A stretch of 61,408 nt of DNA, from NCBI GenBank assembly GCA_041497675.1, contig JBGQGY010000006.1:1-61408 (forward strand), given 5' to 3'. Below the pieces are notes generated by a model. It saw only the letters and a list, made by a program, of their open reading frames with translations, searched no databases and was not told the origin of the DNA. Origin of the DNA: a bacterium (lineage in GTDB: Bacteria > Sysuimicrobiota > Sysuimicrobiia > Sysuimicrobiales > Humicultoraceae). Within the stretch, counting starts at the first letter, position 1. Every line of letters begins with the position of its first letter. Below are positions 30,290 through 40,974 of this stretch, in pieces. Position numbers and translations under genes: made by a program.

Positions 30290-30462
30290 GCCCCAGCGCC
30301 TGAACCCGGCAGGCATGTCGGGTTGACGAGGGAGGGGATCTCGAAAGTGTTCGGCGGGTGACCCTAGGCCCAGTCCGGGCCTGCACGGCCTCAGTCGAAT
30401 CCACAAGACTGAGGTAAGGCCGCCTACAAACTCCGGAGGCGACTCCGGTCCAAAAGGGCGGA
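30290..30462 (+). ncRNA. glmS glucosamine-6-phosphate-activated ribozyme
   Basis: Core AGCGCCUGAAC (A30295|G30296 predicted cleavage site), P1 ...GUUGACGAGG, UCUCGAA...UUCGGCGGGUG pseudoknot core, P4 with ACAAA/CAAAA bulges; lies in the glmS 5' UTR. Confidence 0.92.
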
Positions 30463-30573
30463 CCAGGACGCACACGTTGTCTCGCTGCCCTTGCCGAGGG
30501 GAATCAACCCGGTGGGGATGTTCCGTCGCACCCTTCGGCTGCGGGCGAGCACCATTCCTTCTGGAGGCACGCC

Positions 30574-32418
<1,845 letters not shown>

Positions 32419-32427
32419 AGTGAGAGC

Positions 32428-32589
32428 GTGAACATCGACGAAGAACTACTGAAGATCCTTGCCTGCCCCGTGGACCATGCGCCGGTCGTGCGCCAGGGCG
32501 ACCGCATCGTCTGCACGTCGTGCGGCCGGCGCTATCCGATCAAAGACGACATCCCCTACATGTTGGAGGATGAGGCGGAGAAGCCGTGA
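32428..32589 (+). CDS. Trm112-family (YcaR-like) small protein
   Basis: Not in ORF track (53 aa). GTG start: MNIDEELLKILACPVDHAPVVRQGDRIVCTSCGRRYPIKDDIPYMLEDEAEKP; LACP...C..C...YPI.D.IP.ML..EA signature; stop overlaps the acpS start. Confidence 0.88.
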   Translation: MNIDEELLKILACPVDHAPVVRQGDRIVCTSCGRRYPIKDDIPYMLEDEAEKP

Positions 32590-32972
32590 CGCAGATCCTG
32601 GGGCTCGGCGTTGACATCGTCGAAGTCGAGCGCATCGAGCGCGCCATCGCGCGCTGGGGTGACGCGTTCGTGAAGCGCGTCTATACTGCGCGGGAGATCG
32701 ATCACGCCACCTCGCCGGTGGTCCTGGGCCAGCGTCTGGCCGCGCGATTCGCCGCAAAAGAAGCCGTGATGAAGGCGCTGGGTGTCGGGTGGCGCGACCT
32801 GGCCTGGCGCGACATCGAAATTACCAATGACACGCTTGGACGGCCGATCGTCCATCTGCACGGCGGGGCGCGGCGCATCGCCGAATCCCGAGGTATCTCC
32901 GGCGTGCTCGTCGCCCTCTCGCACACGCACGATCACGCGGTGGCCAACGCCGTCGCCATCTCCGCCGTCTGA
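32586..32972 (+). CDS. acpS: Holo-[acyl-carrier-protein] synthase
   Basis: GLGVDIVEVERI, LAARFAAKEA.MKALG.G, LSH...AVA. Confidence 0.96.
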   Translation: MTQILGLGVDIVEVERIERAIARWGDAFVKRVYTAREIDHATSPVVLGQRLAARFAAKEAVMKALGVGWRDLAWRDIEITNDTLGRPIVHLHGGARRIAESRGISGVLVALSHTHDHAVANAVAISAV

Positions 32973-33009
32973 TTCAGATCTCGCTTCACAGATTCTGGGG
33001 GGAAATCGA

Positions 33010-33179
33010 AGAGGGGCGCTCACTTTATCGGGCTTTTCACCGTCTTCGGTCGCGCCGCCGGTTCCTACTGCTCGTCAGGCTGATCTCGGGAGTTACCCCC
33101 CAAGAAGACCATCCGGCTTTCGGAGTCCACGTGCGCCACGTTTGAATCGGCTACTTCGCCGTTGGGTTCGCACCCCTCT
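33010..33179 (-). ncRNA. Putative 6S RNA-like structured RNA (~170 nt)
   Basis: 5' AGAGGGGUGC pairs with 3' GCGCCCCUCU. A GUAA tetraloop hairpin (UGGGGG/CUCCCG, then UGGUCU/AGAUCA) sits exactly at the centre, 83 nt from each end. AGCCGAU...GUGGCGC segments recall enterobacterial 6S RNA. Has its own consensus promoter. Confidence 0.62.
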
Positions 33180-33186
33180 ACGGTGC

Positions 33187-33215
33187 ATAGTAGATCGGGT
33201 CCCATCTTCCGTCAA
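33187..33215 (-). promoter_or_regulatory. sigma70 promoter of the 6S-like RNA
   Basis: Minus strand TTGACG (33215-33210), 17 nt, TACTAT (33192-33187); predicted +1 near A33179 coincides with the first base of the terminal stem. Confidence 0.7.
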
Positions 33216-33319
33216 TCCCCAACGATCGTTCTGGTGCTGTGGATTCTGTGGGCAATGTGGAAGAGGAAACATCCGCCGGCTACCAGAAGCCACGAGACAC
33301 AAACGGTTGAGGTCCCGTC

Positions 33320-34894
33320 GTGCGACTACCGACGAGCCAGGAAATGGCCGCGCTCGACCGCCGCGCGGCCGACGAGTTCGGTATCTCGACCCTGATGCTG
33401 ATGGAAGCGGCCGGCCGGCAGGTGGCGGCCGCGGCCGGCCGCATGGTCGAGCGCGCCGGCCCACGCGTGTTGATCGTGGCGGGCCGGGGCAACAACGGTG
33501 GCGATGGGCTTGTCGCCGCCCGCGTGCTCGCGGCCGGAGGATGGCGTGTCACCGTGATCCTCGTCGCCCGGGAAGCCGACGTCTCGGGTGACGCGGCGGT
33601 CAACCTGTCCGCCGCCCGCCGCGCCGGCGTCGAGATCTCTCCCCTCGATAGCACCGGTGTGCCCGGCCTCCGCGGCGTCCTCGCTGGCGCCGATCTGATC
33701 ATCGACGGTCTCTTTGGGACGGGGTTCCACGGCCCGGTGGTGGGCGTCGCGGCCAAGGCAATCGAGGCGACGAACGCCTCGGGCCGTCCGGTGCTGGCCA
33801 TCGACATCCCTTCGGGGGTTCATGGCGATGATGGCGCCGTCGACGGGCCGGCCGTCCGCGCGGACATGACGGTGACCATGGGTCTTCCGAAGATCGGGGT
33901 GATCCTGCCGCCGGGCGCCGAGTACGCCGGCCGGATCTGGGTCGCGGACGTGGGGCACCCGCAGCGATTGATCGACGGCGCCGGAGTGCGAACGTCACTG
34001 GTCACCCGGGCGATGGTCAACGCGGCAATCCCGCATCGACGGATGGACGTGCACAAGGGCGCCTTTGGCCGGGTTCTGGTTGTGGCCGGCGCGGTCGGGT
34101 ATACGGGTGCGGCCACGCTGTGCACGCTGGGGGCTCTGCGGAGCGGAGCCGGGCTGGTGACGGCCGCGGTGCCGGCCGCAGTCTACCCGATTGTGGCGTC
34201 GTCTATCGTCGAGGGGATGCCGATGCCCCTGGCCGATCACGAAGGTGCGCTGGCGGTCGAGGCGGCCGATCAGATTCGCGGTTTGACCGCGGCCGCGGAC
34301 GTGGTGGCGTGCGGTCCGGGTCTGTCGCGTCTCCCCGGACCGGCCACCGTGGTGCGCAGGCTGTTGGCTGAGTGCGCGGTGCCGATGGTTCTTGACGCCG
34401 ATGCGCTCAACGTGCTCGCGGGCGGTGCCGAGGCGCTACGCGGGGCGCGCGCGCCTGTCGTCATTACGCCGCATCCGGGCGAGATGGCGCGGTTGCTCGA
34501 GGTGAAGGTCGAAGACGTCCAGCGCCGCCGGTTGCACACGGCCAGGGCCGCCGCCGAACGGTTTGGCGTCATCGTGGTGCTCAAGGGCGCCCGGACCGTC
34601 GTGGCCTCGCCGGAGGGCGAGGCGTTCATCGTGCCAACGGGCAACCCTGGCATGGCGACGGGTGGGATGGGCGACGTGCTGACGGGTGCGATCGCCGGGT
34701 TCATCGGTCAGCGGCTTTCACCGCTCACCGCGGCGTGGGTGGGGGCGCACCTGCATGGTCTGGCGGGCGATCTGGCCGCCGGCGCGCGGGGCCCGGTCGG
34801 CTTCTTGGCGCGCGAGGTCGCGGACCATCTGCCCGCGGCACTGCGCGCTGTGCGGACCGGATCAGTGGACGAGGTGGTGACCCGGCTGCCGTGA
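33320..34894 (+). CDS. nnr: Bifunctional NAD(P)H-hydrate epimerase/dehydratase
   Basis: LMEAAG, G.GNNGGDG, DGLFGTG, DIPSG, HKG.FG.VLVVAG, LDADAL, TPHPGEMARL, GNPGMATGGMGDVL. Confidence 0.95.
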   Translation: MRLPTSQEMAALDRRAADEFGISTLMLMEAAGRQVAAAAGRMVERAGPRVLIVAGRGNNGGDGLVAARVLAAGGWRVTVILVAREADVSGDAAVNLSAARRAGVEISPLDSTGVPGLRGVLAGADLIIDGLFGTGFHGPVVGVAAKAIEATNASGRPVLAIDIPSGVHGDDGAVDGPAVRADMTVTMGLPKIGVILPPGAEYAGRIWVADVGHPQRLIDGAGVRTSLVTRAMVNAAIPHRRMDVHKGAFGRVLVVAGAVGYTGAATLCTLGALRSGAGLVTAAVPAAVYPIVASSIVEGMPMPLADHEGALAVEAADQIRGLTAAADVVACGPGLSRLPGPATVVRRLLAECAVPMVLDADALNVLAGGAEALRGARAPVVITPHPGEMARLLEVKVEDVQRRRLHTARAAAERFGVIVVLKGARTVVASPEGEAFIVPTGNPGMATGGMGDVLTGAIAGFIGQRLSPLTAAWVGAHLHGLAGDLAAGARGPVGFLAREVADHLPAALRAVRTGSVDEVVTRLP

Positions 34895-36087
34895 GTGATC
34901 TGGCGCTCGCCCGGTCGCGGACATGGGCCACCGTCGATCTCGACGCCATTGCGCACAACGTTGGGGCGATCCGCTCACGCCTGCCCACCGGCACGGCGTT
35001 CATGGCCGTCGTCAAGGCCGATGCCTACGGGCACGGCGCCGTGGAGGTGTCGCGCGCGGCGATCGATGCCGGCGCCGGTTGGCTGGGGGTCGCGACGGCC
35101 GATGAAGCGTTCGAGCTTCGCGCGGCCGGTGTGCGCGCGCCACTGCTGGTCTTCGGGCCGGTCCCCGACGCGCTGATCCCCGCCGCGGTCGACGCGGACT
35201 GCGTCCTCACGATCGCCGACGAGTCCTTCGTGTCCGCGTTGCATCATCAGGCGGGGGCACGCGCGCGCGTGCACCTGAAAGTCGATACCGGCATGACGCG
35301 TCTCGGCGTCGCTCCTGAGGCGGTTGACTCGTTGCTGCGGGCGATCGATCCGGCGCGCGTCAGCGTCGAAGGGGTCTTCACGCACCTGGCCTGCGCGGAT
35401 GAACCGGATTCGGCGATGACCCGAGGGCAACTCGCCGCGTTTGACGCGTCCGCGCGGATCGTCCGCGCGCGCTGGCCCCACGTGCTGCAACACGCCGCGG
35501 GCAGCGCCGGCGCACTGGGTGTGCCCGAAGCGGCACTCGACATGGTGCGGATCGGCATCGCGCTCTACGGCGTGGCGCCCGCCCCGCACCTGACCGACCT
35601 GCCGCTCCGCCCGGCGATGATCCTGTCGTCGTCTGTGGCGCGGGTGCGCCGCGTGGCGCGGGGCACCCCGGTCTCATACGGCGCGACGTACCGCACACGC
35701 CGCGACACCACAGTCGTCACGGTCCCGGTGGGTTATGCCGATGGGTACCCGCGCGCGTTGAGCGGCATTGGCGAGATGACGATCGAGGGGCGGCGGGTTC
35801 CCATCGCGGGCCGCGTCTGCATGGACTATACGATGCTCGATGTCGGCGACGCCGTGGTCCGCGAGGGTGACGTGGTGACCGTTTTCGGCGGCGATCTGCC
35901 CGCCGCAATCGTGGCTGAGGCCGCCGGGACGATCGCCTACGAACTGTTCTGCCGCGTCGGTCGACGCGTCCCAAGAATCTATCTTCGCGACGGCCGGCCG
36001 GTCGCGATCGGCGTCACCGCGGGATCACGGACGCACGCGGTGGCCGCGCCCGCCGCCACCCTCTCGGATCTGCGGGGGCGCCGGTGA
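34891..36087 (+). CDS. alr: Alanine racemase
   Basis: AVVKADAYGHG (PLP Lys), HLKVDTGM.RLG, VSYG, GYADG, GRVCMD; GTG 34891 overlaps the nnr stop. Confidence 0.96.
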   Translation: MSDLALARSRTWATVDLDAIAHNVGAIRSRLPTGTAFMAVVKADAYGHGAVEVSRAAIDAGAGWLGVATADEAFELRAAGVRAPLLVFGPVPDALIPAAVDADCVLTIADESFVSALHHQAGARARVHLKVDTGMTRLGVAPEAVDSLLRAIDPARVSVEGVFTHLACADEPDSAMTRGQLAAFDASARIVRARWPHVLQHAAGSAGALGVPEAALDMVRIGIALYGVAPAPHLTDLPLRPAMILSSSVARVRRVARGTPVSYGATYRTRRDTTVVTVPVGYADGYPRALSGIGEMTIEGRRVPIAGRVCMDYTMLDVGDAVVREGDVVTVFGGDLPAAIVAEAAGTIAYELFCRVGRRVPRIYLRDGRPVAIGVTAGSRTHAVAAPAATLSDLRGRR

Positions 36088-36896
36088 AGGTCGCGTTCCA
36101 AGGAGAGCGAGGCGCGTTCAGCGAGGCGGCGGCCATCGCCTATTTCGAGCGCACCGAACCGGTGCCATGCCGAGCGCTCGCCGACGTGTTCGACGCGGTG
36201 GAAGCCGGCCGCGCCGAGCGCGGGATGGTGCCGGTTGAGAATTCTCAGGCGGGCAGTATCAACGAGACGTACGACCTGCTCGTGCGGCGGTCGCTACACA
36301 TCGTCGGCGAGCACAACCAGCGGGTGGAACACTGTGTGCTGGCCGTCCCCGGGCAACGCCTGCAGGATCTTCGCGCGGTGTATTCGCATCCGCAGGCGCT
36401 GGCGCAGTGCGACGCGCTGATTGCCCGTTGGAATTGGGAGAGCATCCCCATGTACGACACCGCGGGCAGCGCGAAGTTTGTGGCGACCGAGCGGCGTCCC
36501 GGTATCGCCGCGATAGCCAGCCGGCACGCGGCCGAGATCTACGGGCTAGAGGTGCTCGCGGCAGGGGTGGAGACGAATCCGATGAACTACACGAGGTTCC
36601 TCGCGCTCGCGCTGGCACCCGCCCCGCGCGCCGATCGAGCCAAGACGTCGGTCGTCTTCGCGACCGCGAATATCCCCGGGGCGCTGTACCGGGCGCTCGG
36701 CTCGCTGGCCACCCGGCAGATCAACCTGGCGAAGCTGGAGTCCCGCCCGCGCCGCGATCGACCCTGGGAGTATCTGTTCTACGTCGACTTCGAAGCCCAT
36801 CAAGACTCCCCCGACGGTCGTGCCGCCCTCCAAGAACTGACCGGTGTGACGGCGTTTCTGCGCGTGCTCGGCTCCTATCCCAAGGCCGTGGTGTGA
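36084..36896 (+). CDS. pheA: Prephenate dehydratase (monofunctional, ACT domain)
   Basis: AFQGE.GAFSE, PVENS..GS, SHPQAL.QC, NYTRF, LESRP, Y.FYVD, LGSYP. Confidence 0.94.
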   Translation: MKVAFQGERGAFSEAAAIAYFERTEPVPCRALADVFDAVEAGRAERGMVPVENSQAGSINETYDLLVRRSLHIVGEHNQRVEHCVLAVPGQRLQDLRAVYSHPQALAQCDALIARWNWESIPMYDTAGSAKFVATERRPGIAAIASRHAAEIYGLEVLAAGVETNPMNYTRFLALALAPAPRADRAKTSVVFATANIPGALYRALGSLATRQINLAKLESRPRRDRPWEYLFYVDFEAHQDSPDGRAALQELTGVTAFLRVLGSYPKAVV

Positions 36897-38515
36897 CGTC
36901 CGCCTGGCCGCGTGTCCTCCCGATGGGCGATCGGGGGGTGCTGGTTGAGTACGCTCCCGAGGTATCGCCCGAGATCAACGCCCTCGTGCGCGGCGCCGAC
37001 GCGGCGCTGGCGCGGCTTCCGGGTGTCGTTGAGGTCGTCCCCGCGTTTCGGTCGATCCTGATCGTCTACGATCCATTCGACGTGCCATACGATACGATCG
37101 CCGAGCGCGCTGAGGCCGCCGTGCGCGCCGCAGAACCGGCAGGGGAAGAAGGCGGCAGGCTCGTCGAGATCCCGGTCGCCTACGGCGGGGCGAACGGTCC
37201 CGATCTCGAGACGGTGGCATCGGCCTGCGGACTGCCGCCGGACCGCGTGATCCGACTTCACACATCTGTGGCGTACCGGACGTACATGCTCGGCTTCTCC
37301 CCCGGCTTTCCCTATCTGGGGTTGCTCCCACGGGACTTGCGCGTGCCGCGCCGCGCCACGCCGAGGACGCGCATTCCCCAAGGCAGCGTCGCCATCGCCG
37401 ATCTGTTCACGGGCGTCTATCCGCAGGAGACCGCGGGAGGATGGCATCTGATCGGGAGGACGCCGCTGCGTCTGTTCGACCCGTCCGCCGTTCCACCGTG
37501 CCTGCTGCAACCCGGTGATCGAGTGCGATTCGTGCCTCTCGACGGCGTCAGCGACTGGGTGGTTCCGCCCTCGCCGGCCTCGCGGGCGCCGAAGAGACCC
37601 GTGTTCGAAGTCGTGCGGCCGGGTTTGCTGACGAGCATCCAGGACCTGGGTCGCCGGGGGTGGCGCCGGCTCGGCATCCCGGGCTCGGGGGCCATGGATC
37701 GCCAAGCAGTACGGGCGACAAACGCCGCACTGGGTAACGATCCCGGCGACGCCGCGATCGAGTTGCCTTTTCCAGGGCCGGTGCTCCGCGCGTTGGCTGA
37801 GGTCGATGTGGCCGTCGGCGGCGCCGATTTCGACGCTCGACTCAACGCAACGCCGCTCGATCCGTCGACGCCGGCGCGGGTGCGACCGGGCGACCTGCTC
37901 ACGTTTCAGGCGCCTCGGCGGGGCCAATGGGCGTATGTCGGCGTGACGGGCGGGATCGACGCGCCGGTGGCGTTCGGCAGCCGATCGACTTACGCGCGCG
38001 GGGGATTGGGTGGCATCGGCGGCCGCGCGCTCCGGGCAGGAGATATTCTCGGGGCGGGCGAACCAACTCGCGCCCGGCAGGTTGCTCAGCGTGCTCATAT
38101 CTCCGTACCGCCGGCCGGCCCCGTGCGCGTCGTGCTTGGTCCTCAGACCGGGTATTTCCAGGTGGATGCGCGGGCGGTGATGCTGGAGCAGCCGTTCGAG
38201 GTCACGATGCAACGGGATCGCAGCGGGATGCGGATGCGAGGTCCGCGGCTGGCGCATCGGGGTGAGGCTGAGATCCTGTCCGACGGGCTGCTTCCCGGCG
38301 CGATCCAGGTGCCTCCCGACGGCAGTCTGGTGATCACGCTGGCCGACGGCCCCACGACCGGCGGGTATCCGAAGATTGCTTGTGTCATCTCGGCGGATCT
38401 TGACCGGCTGGCGCAGTGCGGTCCGGGGGACACGCTGCGGTTTGAGGCGGTCACGGTGGCTCGCGCGCACGCGTTGCTGCGCGAGCACGTGGCCGGGCGG
38501 GGGCCGTCCCGCTAG
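36893..38515 (+). CDS. Fused 5-oxoprolinase subunits B+C (PxpB-PxpC; KipI/KipA, allophanate hydrolase 1+2 type)
   Basis: IPVAYGG..GPDL, GFSPGFPYL, GVYP..T.GGW.LIGRT (PxpB), then QDLGR.G....G...SGAMD, GSRST, DRSG.R, GAIQVP, TTGGYPKI (PxpC), all in one frame. Confidence 0.88.
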   Translation: MTSAWPRVLPMGDRGVLVEYAPEVSPEINALVRGADAALARLPGVVEVVPAFRSILIVYDPFDVPYDTIAERAEAAVRAAEPAGEEGGRLVEIPVAYGGANGPDLETVASACGLPPDRVIRLHTSVAYRTYMLGFSPGFPYLGLLPRDLRVPRRATPRTRIPQGSVAIADLFTGVYPQETAGGWHLIGRTPLRLFDPSAVPPCLLQPGDRVRFVPLDGVSDWVVPPSPASRAPKRPVFEVVRPGLLTSIQDLGRRGWRRLGIPGSGAMDRQAVRATNAALGNDPGDAAIELPFPGPVLRALAEVDVAVGGADFDARLNATPLDPSTPARVRPGDLLTFQAPRRGQWAYVGVTGGIDAPVAFGSRSTYARGGLGGIGGRALRAGDILGAGEPTRARQVAQRAHISVPPAGPVRVVLGPQTGYFQVDARAVMLEQPFEVTMQRDRSGMRMRGPRLAHRGEAEILSDGLLPGAIQVPPDGSLVITLADGPTTGGYPKIACVISADLDRLAQCGPGDTLRFEAVTVARAHALLREHVAGRGPSR

Positions 38516-38539
38516 CGGAGACGCGCGAAGGAGGCTCTC

Positions 38540-39532
38540 GTGCAACTCGGACGCCTGCCACGCCTAAAGATCGCCGCCCTCCCAACCCCGCTTGAAGAGG
38601 CCCCGTCGCTCTCCGCCTATCTCGGAGGTCCTCGGATCCTGATCAAGCGCGACGACATCACCGGTCTGGCGTTTGGCGGCAACGAGGTGCGCAAGCTGGA
38701 ATACCTGATGGGCGAGGCCGTCGATCGCGGGTCCGACGTGGTACTCACGTCAGGCGCCATCCAATCGAACCTGGCCCGGGTGACGGCGGCCGCCGCCCGC
38801 CGGCTGGGTCTCGAAGCGATCATTGTGCTCAACGGCGAAGAGCCGGCAACGCGCCAGGGCAACTTTCTACTCGACGGGATCTTCGGCGCGCAGATCCGTA
38901 TTGTGAACACCGACGATGACTACGTGCTCGCGGGGGTGGTGGACGATGTGGCCCGCGAGCTGCGGCGTCAGGGGCGCAATCCGTATGTCATTCCGCGCGG
39001 CGCCGCCACCGCCGTGGGGGCGGCCGGGTTTGCCAATGCCGGCCTGGAGTTGCTCGACCAGTTGAACGGCCGCGGGATCCGCGCGGATGCGGTGGTGCAT
39101 TCCAGCACCTCGGGTGGAACACAAGCGGGTCTCTATACGTCATTGAAGATCGCGCAGACGGGCATCCAGGTGGTGGGGGTGAGCGCCGGTCCCAGCAGGG
39201 ACGTGCTGACCGGACGGGTGAAGAGCCTGGTCGATGACCTCACGAAGCTCCTGGGGCTTGACTGGCGCCCGCACCCGGATGATATCGTCGTGACAGACGA
39301 ATACGTGGGTGACCGCTATGGGGTGCCGACGCCGGCTGCGCTCGACGCCATCCGCCTGGCTGCGAGAACGGAAGGCATCCTGCTCGATCCGGTGTACAGT
39401 GGGAAGGCGATGGCCGGACTGATCGACATGGTTCGCCGGGGGCAGTTTGGAGCTGATCAGACCGTTGTGTTCTGGCATACTGGCGGGCAGCCGGCCGTTT
39501 TTGCGTATGCGGGCTGGTTGACCGATGGATAG
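38540..39532 (+). CDS. D-cysteine desulfhydrase/ACC deaminase-family protein (PLP lysine apparently replaced)
   Basis: PTPL, IKRDD.TG..FGGN(E)VRKLEY, GAIQSN, SGGT.AG, EGILLDPVYSGKAM, HTGG. Confidence 0.85.
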   Translation: MQLGRLPRLKIAALPTPLEEAPSLSAYLGGPRILIKRDDITGLAFGGNEVRKLEYLMGEAVDRGSDVVLTSGAIQSNLARVTAAAARRLGLEAIIVLNGEEPATRQGNFLLDGIFGAQIRIVNTDDDYVLAGVVDDVARELRRQGRNPYVIPRGAATAVGAAGFANAGLELLDQLNGRGIRADAVVHSSTSGGTQAGLYTSLKIAQTGIQVVGVSAGPSRDVLTGRVKSLVDDLTKLLGLDWRPHPDDIVVTDEYVGDRYGVPTPAALDAIRLAARTEGILLDPVYSGKAMAGLIDMVRRGQFGADQTVVFWHTGGQPAVFAYAGWLTDG

Positions 39533-40259
39533 AGGAGCGGCCGTGAGAGTCCGATTGGTCGTAAGCGCACTGGTGCTGGTGGCCGCAATGGCCCTGCCGA
39601 CCTCGGCGCAAGACTCCATGCTGCGCCGGGCGTTTGGATCGTTCATGCGTTCGGCCGAAGAACTCCGGATCGAGGCGATCCCCGATCTGTACGACGGCGG
39701 GTACGCGCGCATCTCGGCCTGGGGGAAGCGGGTGCACCTCAACCAGGGCCTGCGCGTGGACGAGGCGTCCGTCCGGATGGTCGGCGTGAGCCTCGACCCG
39801 GACGCGTTGCGCAGCGGGATCATCAAGGTGCGAGACATGCGCGACAGCTCCTTCCAGGCCAAGGTCTTGCTGCAGAGCGTCCAGGAGTACTTCAACGCCG
39901 CAAACGCGATCGAAGATCTCCGGCTTTCGGCCGACGACGGGTATCTCGTGGGTACCGGGAAGGTCATGTTCCAGGGAAAGCCGACCAGATTTCGGATGAA
40001 GGGATTCTTCGCCGTCTCGGGCACGACCGAGGTCTACTTCTATTTCGACACGCTGCACGCGAACGGGTGGCCGCTGCCCACAGCGGTGATCCGCGACATC
40101 GAGCGGCAGGTCAACCCGGTGGTGCATCAGCGCGATTGGCCCGTGACCTTCAAGATCCGCTCGGTGCGGCTCGACGCGCAGTCGCTAACGGTGAGTAGCC
40201 AGGGCGACGGGACCTGCCCGACGTGTGGAGGAGGAGACCAACCTGCCGTCTCACCCTGA
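39525..40259 (+). CDS. Secreted hypothetical protein, possibly DUF2993/LmeA-like
   Basis: Signal peptide, beta-rich body, C-terminal CPTC; good coding pattern and overlaps with neighbours. Family assignment tentative. Confidence 0.55.
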   Translation: MDRGAAVRVRLVVSALVLVAAMALPTSAQDSMLRRAFGSFMRSAEELRIEAIPDLYDGGYARISAWGKRVHLNQGLRVDEASVRMVGVSLDPDALRSGIIKVRDMRDSSFQAKVLLQSVQEYFNAANAIEDLRLSADDGYLVGTGKVMFQGKPTRFRMKGFFAVSGTTEVYFYFDTLHANGWPLPTAVIRDIERQVNPVVHQRDWPVTFKIRSVRLDAQSLTVSSQGDGTCPTCGGGDQPAVSP

Positions 40260-40974
40260 CCGTCCCCGCATCCTGATCACCGTCCGGCGCGCGCTCAACG
40301 GCGAACTCCCCGCGCGGCTCGCCCGGTCGATCAAGTTTTACGCCGACGCGGTGTACGCGGCCGGGGGAGATCCCGTGGTCGTGGCGACGGGTGATAGCGT
40401 GCCCGAGCACTACGACGGCCTGCTTCTGGCCGGTGGGGCGGATGTCGACCCGCGGCACTACGGGCAGCCCATCAACGCGCGGATCGAGCAGACGCTCACG
40501 ATCGACGATGCGCGTGATGCGCTTGAACTCCCGCTCACCCGCGCGGCCCTCGAGGAGAACGTCCCGATGCTGTGCATCTGCCGCGGCGTGCAACTCGTCA
40601 ACGTCGCCGCCGGGGGCTCCTTGTGGCAGGACCTCTCTCTGGCCCGGGTCGACCCCGAGGTGCACAACCAGGACGGCCGGCTCGAGACCTGGGAGATTGC
40701 GCATTCGGCGGCGGTCGACACCGGCAGCCGCCTGGCAGGTGTCGTCGGCGACGGCACGATCGGCGTCAACACGTTTCACCACCAGGCCGTGGCCGAGCCC
40801 GCACCGGGGTTCACCGTGACCGCCCGCGCTCCCGACGGAACCATCGAGGGGATCGAGAGCCGCCAGCATCGATTCGTGGTCGGCGTCCAGTGGCATCCCG
40901 AGCGCATGGTCGGTCATCACCCGCGTCACCGCGCGCTCTTCGAACACTTCGTCGCGTCGGCCCGCGGCGAGTGA
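40225..40974 (+). CDS. Gamma-glutamyl-gamma-aminobutyrate hydrolase family (peptidase C26)
   Basis: DGLLLAGG.DVDP..YG, RD..E, ICRG.Q..NVA.GG.L.QD, VNTFHHQAV, GVQWHPE (Cys-His-Glu triad). Confidence 0.9.
   Translation: MEEETNLPSHPDRPRILITVRRALNGELPARLARSIKFYADAVYAAGGDPVVVATGDSVPEHYDGLLLAGGADVDPRHYGQPINARIEQTLTIDDARDALELPLTRAALEENVPMLCICRGVQLVNVAAGGSLWQDLSLARVDPEVHNQDGRLETWEIAHSAAVDTGSRLAGVVGDGTIGVNTFHHQAVAEPAPGFTVTARAPDGTIEGIESRQHRFVVGVQWHPERMVGHHPRHRALFEHFVASARGE

Noticed and set aside
30397-30405. GAATCCACA in a glmS-ribozyme loop, identical to the reverse complement of the first DnaA-like box at 33238
   Set aside because: A single 9-mer match is plausible by chance in 61 kb.
33040-33080. 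Hammerhead ribozyme (CUGACGA...GAAA on the minus strand) or ykkC-like riboswitch tail (AAAAGCCCG)
   Set aside because: The required stems and core spacing could not be built; the end-to-end rod fold explains the region better.
32782-33591. ORFs spanning the acpS-nnr gap (32782-33591, 33093-33464, 33162-33395)
   Set aside because: Low-complexity Arg/Pro-rich translations that overlap real genes and show no family motifs.
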